Assembly: GCF_026571515.1 (NCBI RefSeq)
Contig: NW_026864423.1
Location: 1 to 64,000, forward strand
Length of the DNA: 64,000 nucleotides
Direction of reading: 5' to 3'
DNA from: Ruditapes philippinarum
Taxonomy: Eukaryota
Position 1 is the first letter of the stretch. The number at the start of each line of letters is the position of its first letter. Both the position numbers and the translations under genes were made by a program. Positions 27,701 to 40,711 of the stretch are shown here, in pieces. The notes under the pieces were generated by a model. It did not search any database. It was not told the DNA's origin and worked only from the letters and a program-made list of their open reading frames with translations.

Positions 27701-29040
27701 AAACGATACGAATGGGTGTGGTTGCCGAGTCTTTTTCTCACAGGATGATGGGGAATGTAGTGTACTTTTGGTCGTGGTAATAATGGGGTCGGGACTAATG
27801 TGTCGTCTATACTATGAGACAATGGCTCTATAACCTTCTCTATAAATCCTCTCTGTTCCTGCTCGTAAATAATATCTCCATATTTCTTTAGAAGTTCTGG
27901 GTCTTTTTTCAATCTATTTACAAAATTTATAGTTCTTCGTCGGCTTATGTTCTCGTTACTTGATAGAAAAGGATGGTCATCTTTCCATGGTAATTTGGCA
28001 ATGTATTGTCCATTACTGTACGTAATACTATTGTCCTGATACTCTCTTGTTTTCTCAAAGTTTAACTGTTGGTTTGGTTTCAGTTCAACTCCAATGGACT
28101 CCACCTCCCAAAATTTCTCTAAATTTACAACATCTTGTGTTTTCATAGTAATAACGTTCATCATGGATACGGGAATCGACGTAGAATTTATTAGAGTACC
28201 TGTTTTCAATGGTCCTGATAGAAGGTATCCGATTTTAGATAGTATAGCTGTAGGCCCGTCTCCTCTAATAACTTGATCTTGTATAACGTCCCAGTAATGA
28301 TCAGCACCAATAAGAATCTCGATATCAAAATCTTCATCTCCTGAGACTGGATGTGCGAGTTTGAGCCCTTTCAGGTAAGGAAGGTGACCAGCATGTTTGT
28401 GATAAGATTTCAGTGGCATGGAAATTTCAGGCACTATCAAAACATTTATAGGAATATTTTCTTTTGCTGTTTCTATATACACGGTTGCTCTGCTTAAATG
28501 TCGCACGCGACGCTCTGTGTCTCCGAAACCCGACATGTATAATGTTTCACTTCCGGTGGGCTCCAATTGTAATTTTTGGGCTAGGTGTTCACTTATAAAT
28601 GAACTCTGGGAACCTTCATCAAATAGGATATTGGCGGAAATGGAGGTACTTTTTGAGGTTACCATGGAAACTGCTGTCTTTAATAATACAGGACCTGTTG
28701 TGGTAGAGTGAGCAGAATGTAATACCGAAGTGGAGTTCTTTTTCTCATTGTTGATAACAGGATACTTATCTGTAGATTTGGCTGCTATTTCTACTCCACA
28801 AATACTAGTATGATGTCTGCGTGAGCATATTTTACACTTGAATTTAGACTTACAGTCTGTAATCTTGTGGTTTCCCAGACAATTAAAACATAGCCTTCTT
28901 TCCTTCACTATCTTCATTCTCTGTTCACGATCTTTACATTTTACACAGTCTATACAAGAGTGCTCTCCCTTACAAAACACGCATCTTTGTCTTTGTGATC
29001 GTAAGTTGCTTGGTATGGGTGTATTTTTTCTTTCTGTTCT
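24750..29040 (-). pseudogene. BEL/Pao pol region: zinc knuckles, aspartic protease, RT, RNase H/peptidase A17 region and integrase; multiply frameshifted
   Basis: CFNCLGNH and CKICSRRHHTSIC; ILFDEGSQSSFI; HYIPHHPV; FDPLGL; LHIFADSS; WSDSQIVLSWI; ENPADLLSRG; GIDFTG; SDNA; PWYGGWWERLIG. Confidence 0.9.
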
Positions 29041-30094
29041 AGAATGTACTAGAATCAGATTTTGTTAGAAAAGTTGCTGTCGGAATTAAGTCTTGAGGCG
29101 TATTCAGCAAATTTCCAGCGTCTAAAATATTGATTTCATCATTCAGTATACATTTCATCAATTCACGCAAAGTCCACGACTGTATCCCGTGCGCACGTGT
29201 AATGTTTGTTCTGACCTCTGGCGGTAGTTTTTGAAGGATAACCGGTGTAAGTAGTGAACCGTATGTGGTCTCATTCTGATTCAGTGAAGCTAATGCTCTG
29301 ATATATGTCTCTGTTGTATCATAGAATTTTCTAACGCTCTGTATAGTATACCTGGGTGCTGGAACTTCTAGTAATGCTTTCATGTAAGTTTGTATAATTC
29401 TGTCCTTTTGACCATATCTCTCATGTAACAATGAAATAGCCTGTTCATAATTAACATTAGTTAAGGCAAATCCAGCTATTGTTTGCAAAGCTTCATTTTT
29501 AAGACACGACTTCAAGTAATTGAATTTCTGTACTCCGCTAAGTGAAAGATTCGTGTGTATAGCAGACTCGTAAGAATCCCAGAATGAACACCAGTCAAGG
29601 ACATTTCCGTCGAACTTCGGCAAATCTAACTTTGGTAATTTGTGATATACTGAGCTTTGAGATAAGGACGGTAAGAAATGCATCTGGGAACTATTCTCGC
29701 TGATACCTGGCGCACAAATCTCGGATGTTTCGCTTGAAACGGACGCTTGAAATGGCTGAGCATTAGGGTTAAGAGCCGGGGAATTGTAGTTCAAATTTGA
29801 AATTGATACCTTCCTAAAATCATGTATCTTCTGTATCTTGGTCTTTAACATGTATATATACTCATCATGCTCAAGAATTTCTGTTTCTATTTGTTCTTCT
29901 TCTTCGTCTTGAAAAGAATCAAGGATCTTTTCGTGAATCTCCGTGATCGTCTGCTGTTTCTGTTTGAGGGAATCAATGATCGTCACAAGTTCCTCGTAAT
30001 CGGCTGCCTCCCGCTGAATTATCTCGAATTTGTTCAGGAGTCGTGTAACTGCGCCTTTGTGACCCTTCTGTATAGAACGTAATTTTGTTGTCAT
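29039..30094 (-). CDS. BEL/Pao gag (DUF1759-like)
   Basis: KLPKLDLPKFDGNVLDWCSFWDSYESAIH...QKFNYLKSCL...NYEQAISLLHERYG. Confidence 0.9.
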   Translation of the reverse strand: MTTKLRSIQKGHKGAVTRLLNKFEIIQREAADYEELVTIIDSLKQKQQTITEIHEKILDSFQDEEEEQIETEILEHDEYIYMLKTKIQKIHDFRKVSISNLNYNSPALNPNAQPFQASVSSETSEICAPGISENSSQMHFLPSLSQSSVYHKLPKLDLPKFDGNVLDWCSFWDSYESAIHTNLSLSGVQKFNYLKSCLKNEALQTIAGFALTNVNYEQAISLLHERYGQKDRIIQTYMKALLEVPAPRYTIQSVRKFYDTTETYIRALASLNQNETTYGSLLTPVILQKLPPEVRTNITRAHGIQSWTLRELMKCILNDEINILDAGNLLNTPQDLIPTATFLTKSDSSTF

Positions 30095-30102
30095 AGTGTT
30101 AT

Positions 30103-30118
30103 CCGGTTCGCGGGACCA
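30103..30118 (-). promoter_or_regulatory. Primer-binding site (tRNA-Tyr-like)
   Basis: TGGTCCCGCGAACCGG begins 3 nt inside the 5' LTR boundary. Confidence 0.7.
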
Positions 30119-30121
30119 AAA

Positions 30122-30303
30122 TGTTGTGTAAACACTAAATAATCAAAAGATTGCACTGGTTCTTCAATAACGTTGTTTATTATCGATTACCGGAAGTCAA
30201 CTCCTATAATGACGTCAATACAATAACATATAAAATGGCGCGTCACGCTAAACGTGACGCTAATATTGGCGCAATAACTCTGTACATGCATATGTACGTA
30301 ACA
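30122..30303 (-). repeat. 5' LTR of the BEL/Pao element
   Basis: Adjacent to the PBS; flanked by TSD ACAAT. Confidence 0.95.
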
Positions 30304-31249
30304 ACAATATTGCACTTTTTGAAGCATTTCACACAATAAGATTAACGATCATGGACACAAATTCATATATGTCAGAAGAGAATAGATGTGCCCTCTTGGT
30401 TCAACTTGAGTAGTAATGAACAGACCAGTAAGATGAACACTAAAGAAGATTTTGCCAGATGAAAGGTACATCACAAGACTTAATTTTCATTTTTACACAT
30501 AAATAAAGTTCAGCTACAGTAAAAAAAAAACATTATAAGTGCAATTAAAATATAAATTGATATATTCTAGAAATGTCATAATTCTTGTTACCACTTCATA
30601 ATAAAATGTATATATTTTTCAGAATTTCCATTGGTAACAGTAATGAACACAAATTGACAACTGGTATTTGAATCGCCTTTAATTGTAATACCTCTTCATG
30701 GCAGTTGCAGAACAGATGAAAAAAACTATCAAACAGTTCAAAGAAGAATTACAGAAAACTGAGGAAGAAAATAAACAGTGATATTGAACTTTTGTTACAA
30801 ACAAACTTTTAAATGATAACAGTTGCATATCTTGTTTATACAGGATTTTCAACATATGTATATTCATTACAGTTTTCAATGTTTAAAACATCAGCAAAAA
30901 ACATTAAGAGCTTTTATTATGAAGCAAGCAAAACAAACAGCTTGACTGATAGAAATAGATAGATGTTGCAAGCTGACAAAATGTATTTTTAGCATATTTT
31001 AAAGGACCATTTGTTTAATCTTTTGTGTCTTAATTCAAATAAAATAATTAAAAAAGAAATCATCGCATTACTTTGTTTTTAACATTACTTTGTTTTTAAC
31101 ATTGTGCTTTGTTACATATATGGTACAGCTGCAGGGAATATGTCAACATGGTAATAACATTTAATATTTTGTCCTCTTATTGCATTATATACTGTTGAGT
31201 GAATATTTCTTGGAATGTTAAAAGAAGTGCTGAAGCTAGATGCTGTCTT

Positions 31250-31480
31250 TCCTAATACCCTCCGACTGCAAGGTCCTGCACATGTTTTCTGCAAATGTTC
31301 AGTCCCCTAAGTAAATGAAATGTCTGGGGTTGGTTAGTCCAGGCAACATCTTCTGGAAGTGCCGTGTACCCCAATGATTTGTTATATATCAGCTAGTACA
31401 GGCTTCCAACAATATGACCACATTATCAAGTCGGACCAACTGGACAAGTGCAATAAGCTAATGATACTTCAGCTTCGTCT
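31250..31480 (-). pseudogene. SWIM zinc-finger gene relic of the type found in ISL2EU/Kolobok-like DNA transposons
   Basis: Manual translation AYCTCPVGPT**CGHIVGSLY*...EDVAWTNQPQTFHLLRG (CxCx6CxH), with in-frame stops. Confidence 0.65.
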
Positions 31481-32327
31481 TAAGATTTGACTGATATTTG
31501 CAATTAAATGATTGTAATTTGTTATATACTAAGTATTTAATACTGTAATTAATTAAAACAGTTGATAATATATAAGTTTTACATCCGTTACTTAGCATGA
31601 AATGTATTTTTCCATTGCTGTAAACAACATCATGTGTTAAGATACTGAAAATCCATTGAAATGTATACGACGGGGGTGTGGTGTCATGTCTAAACAAAAT
31701 TGTTTTTTTGATTTGGTAAGGCTGCCTGTAAAGTTAACCAGTTACTAGACGGTCATCTAGAATTTTTGATTTTTAGATACAAAGTGAAAAAACTTATTGT
31801 TTTTTATTTTATTTCAATGGCTAAATTTAGGGGAAGTATGGTACAGAATTCAGCATCCAACTGTTTACATCTGTTATCAATTAATTGCTTTATACATTCT
31901 TGACCAACAGCAATTAAATACTGATAACATAGATAATGTCTGTATAAGTTGCAAAGAGTTAACCTGATATTTATACTTGACACAGAATATTAGATATTAC
32001 TTGTAATTATCATAAACATGAATTCACTTTTCAGGTCTCGAATACATGTATATCATTCACTGTATATAGCGTAAAATAAACCTTGTTGTTGATTTATTTA
32101 TCTCCAGTAGAGATAATATAACTCTCAACAAGTATATATAGTACTGTCAGTACTATATTAAGATCTCTAAATCTTTCGGCCATATATTCGGCCATATATT
32201 CGTGATATGTTTACATAGAGCAGATACTGGAGCTTGTCGTTCTGAAAAATCTATGAATATGTATGAGGTAATATTAAGAAGGGTCTATTATTAAACACAA
32301 TTTATACATGCTCCATGGCCAGGTCCT

Positions 32328-35235
32328 TACGGAGGAGCATTAGTGCCAGGTGTATGTTTTTTATTAACTCGAAATTTCGAGTTACTAACCCGAAATTTCG
32401 ACTTATTAACTCGAAATTTCGACATACTAACTCGAAATTTCAAGTTACTTATCTCGAAATTTCGACTTACTAACTCAAATTTCGACTTATTGGCGTCCGC
32501 GCCGAAGCGCGGCGCCTTTTATGTAATGAAATCAGATTTTGTGAAAGGGCGACATCAACTTCTCGAGCCTTTATAGTTGTTCATAATAAAAGCCGATCAT
32601 TCCGATCGGTATGAGGGTGCTTGATTATTAATTAGTCGCGAAATGTACAATGAATAGCGAACTGGAGAATTTCGCAATGCAAACATTTTCAAATTAAATA
32701 ACCTTTTCCGTCAATAAATCGCGCTCTTCAAGGTATTTTTATTTATACTTTGTAGTACACAGTGGATTATTATGGTATGTTATTCCGAAAGCTGTAAATA
32801 GAATGATGAGTTGATGACCTAAATATTCCGAAAATCTTTTTATAGAGGGATGTACTCCTGTCGGTAATTCCCGCTCTCTCCTGGTCTATTTTGACGACCG
32901 ACGAATAGTACCACATGTTTATTGTCCGGTCTCTCCCGGTTTTGGAGTAGATGTTTGATATCGTTACAGAACAGAACAAATATTTTACAGATAAATAAGC
33001 TTTTTTCAAAATGAATGTTTGTCACTTAGTTTGGTTACAATAATTAATAAACACAGATCAACTCTCAAAATTATTGCTTATTATTATACATAAACATACA
33101 ATTAAAAAAACCAACAACACAAATCGCATGTTTTATTTTATCTATATGAGATAAAACCAATAAATATGTACAATAATTGAGAAAAAATGTACATTTTTAT
33201 AGCGTTAATATGACACTATCAACTTTGAAACATTTTATTTAATTTGTTATTCGTGTTTAGTAAAGATGCCGAGGAATTATTCAAAGTTACAAATCAGATT
33301 TTATGAATTATTCAATTGATTGATAATTTAAGAAATGATAAAGAAAAATACAAATGTACATGTATATGGTTTAAGAATAAACAATATTATATATTGAAAG
33401 ATTAACCCTAATTTACTGACTTTTTCCAGTTAAGTTTTGACTTATAATCGTCGGTCATTATGACAATTGAATTCTTAAAATAATAGTAAACGTAAAAACT
33501 CAGTATTAAAATAGTGCATAAAGCACAAAAAAAAGAAAAGAAAACAGTATTCATAAAATCTGTATTTTTTTATTAAAAAAGATATTATAATTAGTGTATA
33601 ATAAACATTTATGCTCAACATGATCAACATGGTAATTTAACAAGTGTCATATTGCTACTAAGTGTGAACAGATACCTTAAGAGGGGGTCTTCGCTAATAG
33701 CGATAACATAATAAGGGACAATTACACAAGTGTGGTGTTGATCATGCGTTACTCATATGGATTATAAATGATTGTATACATGTATATCCGTTGCTATTAA
33801 TAATCACGATCATAAAGAAATAACAAGTAATATTCTAATTTCTAGCATGCCAATCAAATTTATAAATAATGAACAATGTCTTTCGTTCGTTCATTCATAA
33901 GTGATATACAATTCTGGTAAAAACCAACGAACCATTAAACAGTTTATCATCATATATCTACTAGTTCATCTGCACCTGCTGCATTTCTTGCTTGGACGCC
34001 CTTTGATGCTTTGCATCAATGCTTTTCTTGTAAACATTACTGGAATGGCCAAATTTATGAGTTACCATGTGTTTAGATATATAAGATATAGTACTTAGGG
34101 AGTGCGGTTTCAAGAACGATGGAGATGGAGAAACGGGGTGCCCGGACAAACTATTAAAGTTTAACTTAAACTTAGTAATGGCATGTACACGCCAGAGCTA
34201 AAAAAACACAAGGCTTCCTTTAATGTGTACGTTCAGGCGTTCTTCAGACGTTGTATGTGATTCTACCTATTCGACCATATCTTTTCACTAATCATATTCT
34301 TCTCATCCATGTGAATAAAACGATCCTATACTTCACGTGTGGGACATCTGAGGAAAGTATCACTGAGTGGCCAAAATAGGGGTGCTGGGGCTTTTGTCAA
34401 ATTTGTTGGAATGACTATATTTCTTGTAAAATTGGATGCTTTTATATTATTCCCAACATGTATATAACAACAAGTTCCACTTTTATCAACTTTTATCAAC
34501 ACAATATGAATCAAAGTCTTAGTAAATAATGAATAATGTTACAAAAACATTATTAGTATAAAGAAACGTGACAGACTAACTGGCGTATACACGCCATTTA
34601 AAACTTATTTAACACATGAATGTTGCACAGTTTACAATAGGGTGGGTTTTGGACTTGTTGTATCTCCACATGATGGTTGTATGTGTGCTTTAGAAAAAGA
34701 AACATCCGGTTAACACGGAAATGTGGAAAGTGTGATTTTACATACCCTCCCCCCCTCCACAAAAAGCGAAGGATATGTTCAGTATGTGTGGACAATTTGA
34801 CCCTATTAAATTGTTCTGTTAAATACATAGGTGCTCTGTCAATGTGCAACAGCAACACACGAAAGAAAGTATCTTGAATTCAATCCCTGTTTCACCGGTA
34901 ACCAATGAAAGTCGTGCAATTTAAGTCGAAATTTCGAGTTAATAAGTCGAAATTTCGAGTAAGTAAGTCGAAATTTCGAGTAAGTAAGTCAAAATTTTGA
35001 GTAAGTAAGTCGAAATTTCGAGATAAGTAACTCGAAATTTCGACTTACTACCTCGAAATTTCGACTTATTAACTCGAAATTTCGGAGATAAGTTACTCGA
35101 AATTTCGAGATAAGTAACTCGAAATTTCGAAATAAGTAAGTCGAAATTTCGAGTTAGTAAGTCGAAATTTCGAGTTAGTATCTCGAAATTTCGAGTTAAT
35201 AAAAAACATACACCTGGCACTAATGCTCTTCCGTA
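32328..35235. mobile_element. 2.9-kb non-autonomous TIR transposon, IS3EU-like, inserted in a LINE remnant
   Basis: TACGGAGGAGCATTAGTGCCAGG ... CCTGGCACTAATGCTCTTCCGTA; subterminal ~21-bp CTCGAAATTTCGA arrays; TSD GGTCCT/GTTCCT; empty site at ~11255. Confidence 0.8.
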
Positions 35236-36024
35236 GTTCCTAGAGTCTGTTACAAATGCTAAATATCTCGGACTAGATCTGTCTGCTGACCTCAAATTTA
35301 ATACAGATATATCTCGAATAACTTCCAATGCAAACAGGCTTTATTAAAAGAAATGTTGTTACTAAAAATGAGAAAGTGACAGATTTAGCATACAAGTCCG
35401 GTCACAGGTTGAATATGCTTCAACTATTTCGTCTCCTTACACTAAAACCAATATTGACAAAGTTGAGATGATCCAGAGACGTTAAAAGGGATAACTCCCC
35501 TCACTCTAGTGTCACAGTCATGCAGGAATAACTGGGCTGGCGATTCCTTTAACATCGCAGATTCGACTGTAGACTGATAATGTTTTATAAGATATATAAC
35601 CTAGTTGCAATTAATCTCCCAACATATGTTCAAACCCCACATAGATTAACCAGACATATGCACCCCTTATCCCTACGCCAAATACAGGTATTCTCCGACT
35701 ACCATAAGTACTCTTTCCTCCCTCATAGCATTATACTATGGAATAAACTTCCTAGCAACATTGCCCCTGTCAAACAGGAAGTGGTGCGTTTGCAGTACTA
35801 GTCTTTCTCCCAGTGTTTTTAAACTATTTTATCTCTTATCATCTTGTTTCATTATTAACATTTTAACCATGACTAGAATACATTTTCAATCTTACCTTCC
35901 AAGCATATTAATTCTTGGACTTTTCTTTTTTAGCTTTTCTTTTCACCTTTGACTAACAATCCGACGTGCACTAAATTCCTGCCTATAACACTCGTAAGAG
36001 GGGTTGGCAGTATCCAGAGATAGA
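35236..36024 (+). mobile_element. CR1-group LINE 3' remnant (duplicate of 11255-12025)
   Basis: MFYKIYNLVAINLP...YSFLPHSIILWNKLP. Confidence 0.75.
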
Positions 36025-36378
36025 TCGAAGTAATATCATTTACTGTACGAATAAACATGTAAAGAGTTATCTGATCTTGATATTATAACATGCACCAACT
36101 CTTGGCTCAATTATATTCATTTCCACTTATTTTCAGCTAATTGTGTAAAGAAATTACATCTATATGACCATTTGTTTCTTTTCTGTTGGTTCACAATCCT
36201 ATATGGTAACTTGTTTCTGTGAAAAAGACAATAAACTAAACATTATTTGGAGATGCGAAAGCGAAACTGTTTATCTTATGATCGCTGGTTTCCTTGAAAA
36301 TTGTAAAAGGTACATGTGATAGGTTGCTCACAGAACTTTAATTGTGTTTGTATCCTTTGTCTGTTGACTGTGTCAAAT

Positions 36379-36580
36379 GAGCCGTGCCATGACAAAACCA
36401 ACATTATGGGTTTGCGACCAGCATGTTTATACAGAATGCTGTTCGCTTACAAACCCTATTACAAGTAAAGAAACTGATAGCGAACAGCATGGATCCTGAT
36501 CAGACTGCGCGGAGGCGCAGGCTGGTTTGGATCCATGCTGGTCGCAAACCCACTATGTTGGTTTTGTCATGGCACGGCTC
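36379..36580. mobile_element. Sola-type MITE (internally deleted)
   Basis: GAGCC/GGCTC ends, AAAT TSD. Confidence 0.75.
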
Positions 36581-37716
36581 AAATATCTTCAAACGACACA
36601 TCATCCACTGGGGGGATTCACATTTGTTAAATTTCTTCCCTGACAAAATTTCCGTTTATATTGCAACAAGTAATAAGGACTGATTCATAATGGTTTTTGA
36701 AAATATATTGTAAAACTCTTAACAGATATTTAGTTGAATCAAGTGACCAAATGATGGAGCTAATGATCAGCCATTCAGCTCTCTTAAAATGTCGGCTTAC
36801 AACTTACTAACATTATGATATAAAAGCGAACTTAGTTATTATCCATAAAAATCAAATGTAGCCTGGCAATTATCTATATCGCTTTGGTTTATACAGAATT
36901 TATTTTAGTTCGATTGTGTAGGAAGCTATTAGCTTGTAAACACACTTTCGAATCCGTTCCTGGAACCAACCTAAGTACTGAGCAATGAGTGTAAAATTCT
37001 TGCTCAAGGAAACAACGACTTGCCCATGTCAGGGTTTGAACCCGTGCGGCTAGCGATCATTTGATTACAAGTCCGACGCGTTAACCACTCGGTAATGCCG
37101 CCACCTTTATTTGGAATCTTCAAAGTCATGTAAAGCCCTTCACATTCCGAATATTCAGTAAAACCTCACTAATGAGACCACCGAAGGGATTTCGGAAATC
37201 TGGTGTTAATAGCGAGTTGGTCATATAATGAGTTTGGTCAGACCGAAAAAACTGACATAACGTTTACAAGATTTTCTACACATTGTACAACTATTTTTCT
37301 GAACTGTTTTATTTTCAAGTTTCTCTCTAACGAGAGAATAATATTTTGATAATGCACACTTTCGTTATTTTTCTATTTTGACATTACAAATCTCTTTTTT
37401 TAACAAGGAAAGAGATAAACACAACTTCATCAAACAATTTTAAATGTACATTTCATTGAGATATGAGCAAAACGATTTGTGCAAAGATTGCCATTTTAAT
37501 ATTTATTTATTTTCGCTATACAAAATATAAAAATGCATACAGTTCTGAATATAAAACAATTATGCAATAAAAAACAACACCATAGTGACATATCGGCAAA
37601 GTCATTCAGTTATCCCGATTGTGTTATTCAGTATTATAAAATGCATGCAAACTAAACACTTGGAAAGGAAAAAAGTCTTTCTTCATCAATATACCACAAA
37701 TAAGAATTAAAAAAAT

Positions 37717-37919
37717 GAGCCGCGTCACGACAAAACCAACGTTATGCGTTTGCGACCAGCATGGATCCAGATCAGCCTGCGCATCCGCGCAGTCTGATCA
37801 GGATCCATGCTGTTCGCTTACCAACCCTTTCACAAGTAGAGACACTGATAGCGAAAATCATGGATCCTGATCCATGATGGTCGCAAAACCATTATGTTGG
37901 TTTTGTCGTGACGCGGCTC
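37717..37919. mobile_element. Sola-type MITE
   Basis: TIRs, AAAT TSD. Confidence 0.78.
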
Positions 37920-39780
37920 AAATGTACATTTGTCCAGCTTATGTCTCTATGAAATGTTTTGATTCATAACCAACCATAAAAAACTACTTTGAACGTTGTT
38001 TTACACTTAACCTGCTGGAACCGGAAGTAATTATCTTGGCCTCTTCCACCAGTCAAGAACAATGCCAGTCTGCACATCTGTCCAGTTTTACCAGTCTACT
38101 GTACTATGCATTAACTAAATTATTTACTATGCCGATATTGAAAACCCTTAACTTTCGTAAAAGTTTGTTTTAAATTAAAGCAGGACAAATCCTTTGCATA
38201 CATTTCGCAGTTATTCTTGTTCTAACACATGATAATTATATACCATAGACATACATGTATACGTTTTTTTCCAAAATGTCTATTATTATAGTAACAGAGA
38301 TTTAGTTTTGATAGGTAATATTACAATATGTCCCAAGACGCGATTTATATAACATAAACCCATTCATATATGGCCATATAAACTGTCAAAAGTTTTTATA
38401 ACGAAGTGATGATAATGTACAAATACCTCTTTATTTTGGTTATAAAAAGAGAAAATAATTTACAACTTTGCTATGCATAGCCGTGTAAATAGAAAATATA
38501 AACGACACGATTATACAGACGTGAAATTTCACAAGAATGAAGTGTTCGTTATCACTGTAAAAGTCTCTAGACCAATGGTCCTACTTAGCTAAAACGTAAA
38601 GATACATGCCTCCATATGAGCTAAAAGAATTAAAGAAAATCAACCTTAAATAAAAATTAATGTACTAAGATTATAAGAGAAGTAGAAATATTTATAATTT
38701 ACTCAATAATTTACATGTTACATGCAATGAATGACTGATTTAGCAGTATTTTCCCCCCATTTCTACTGCGTGACTCACGGAGTAAGGGCTTTTTTTGTAT
38801 AGCTTGACATTTACTTGATAATTTACGTGGACTGAAGCTGACGTTTGAAATGTGTTATTAACTTTCTTTGTTCACTTATAAAGATAGATAATTTATTGAC
38901 GTAAACTTTCAGTACATAGTCATTTTACACACATTTGTATAGTACAATGAAACACGATATCATGGTACATGAACAAAAGTTGTGGCACAAAATTTTCAAT
39001 TTACATATTTTTGGAGAATGAACGTTAACATGAACGTTAACAGCATTTAGAACTAAAGTAAGCTTAGCTATGAAAAAGCGTTTACATTCTTAAAGATATA
39101 AAAAGTGGATTTTAAGCTTAATCATATGCTGTGATAAGATTGCATTTAGCAGTGATTCATAATTGACACATTATCAAGTAATTTCAAGAATAAACAATAT
39201 CATTCTCAAATATAACGAGACAAATTTATACATTGACTTACAGAGCATTAAGTAGTTCAATTTGATGCTTTGTAGCATAAAACAAATATTTACCTAAACC
39301 TATACTGTATATAATTTTACTTTTTAATACATTTTCCTTTTTTTTCCTTTTTTTTTAATAAGCTTGAATCTGGAGGCATGCTACTTTAAACAACCCGAAA
39401 ACGTATCTTTTACATCCAAGTAACCTTTCAACGAAACTAAATGATAATTATATACAATCTAATAGTCTATTATTAAAATTTAATAAAACTACTTATATAT
39501 AATTATATGACTACACGATATTCAACCATAAAATAATAAAACAATTTCCCACCACAATATAATATAAACACAATGCATACAATATCCAGGAAGTTTAGTC
39601 TCTGTCATGTCATTTGTTCAGATAATCTATATAATATAAATATATAAAAAATGGCTCAGCGTCATTAAAGTGCACCAAAAGTCATTCACTTCTTCGGCAA
39701 ATTTACGAATGTTTACATGTAAGGCATATGAGAAAATCTATTGTCAGCAGTTCTGTTGCAGATCTTTATAAGCAGTATTT

Positions 39781-40013
39781 GAGCCGTGTCATGACAAAAC
39801 ACACATAATGGGTTTGCGACCAGCATGGATCCAGACCAGCCGACGCATCCGCGCAGTCTGATCAGGATCCATGCTGTTCGCTATTAGTTTCTCTACTTGT
39901 TATAGTTGGTAAGCGAACAGCATGGATCCTGATCAGACTGCGCGGATGCGCAGGCTGGTCTGGATCCATGCTGGTCGCAGACCCTTTATGTTGGTTTTGT
40001 CGTGACGTGGCTC
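39781..40013. mobile_element. Sola-type MITE
   Basis: TIRs, ATTT TSD. Confidence 0.8.
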
Positions 40014-40043
40014 ATTTTATTTTTTGACACGTATCGTCTGCAC

Positions 40044-40137
40044 TTATCGTCTGCAACAACCACAGCAGCAACAGCAGCAGACGACAATACCGATGATAAT
40101 CAGCAATCCCACAATGCCACAAACAATCGGTACCCAT
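40044..40137 (-). CDS. Shisa-like gene copy 3, terminal coding exon
   Basis: WVPIVCGIVGLLIIIGIVVCCCCCCGCCRR*. Confidence 0.85.
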
Positions 40138-40711
40138 CTGTAATTAAAGAAAAAAAATGCACATTCATTTTATTGTTTCATGTTTTTCACTTTACAAATC
40201 AATTTTGTATGACTATAAACTATTTACTCTACTCTAATTCCATATCAACGCGGAAGATATCTTGCGCATGCGCTTTCTGCATATAGATCAAAAGCAAAAT
40301 AGATTTTACCATGAAAGAATCAATTTAATCAGGACAAAACCAATTTTTAAAAATATTTCTAATCAATTTCATTAGATATATAGTATGGCTACTTTTTTAT
40401 TTGAAAAATTTGAGAAGAAGTAATTATTGGAAAATGTTTACAAGTCCTTCGAGGGGGGGGGGGGCCCCGGCGGGGGGGGGGGGTCACGTAACTTGTGCTT
40501 TTTGTTCTATATAATAACATGTTCTGCCATGCTATGTCAAATATTTCCTTTCAAAAAATAAGGATTTTCTTTTCGTTTTTTTTTTGCTTCCTTTTCGTAC
40601 ACTTCTTTCGCTCCGGTATCTTCTATAATAATTATTTACATGTAAGTAGTTCACTTTTATCACGGTCAAAATTGTATTTTACTCTAAATTTTCACCGGAA
40701 AAAGGTTTGAC

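Larger units (their letters stand above)
24269..30303 (-). mobile_element. Full-length BEL/Pao LTR retrotransposon
   Basis: 182-bp TG...CA LTRs at 24269-24450 and 30122-30303; TSD ACAAT; gag-PR-RT-RH-IN order. Confidence 0.96.

Noticed and set aside
26718-28711. Plus-strand ORFs of 178 and 97 aa
   Set aside because: Antisense shadows of BEL pol
32360-32490. Regularly spaced palindromic repeats resembling a CRISPR array (also 34920-35200 and 56290-56480)
   Set aside because: No unique spacers and no cas genes; eukaryotic subterminal or tandem repeats
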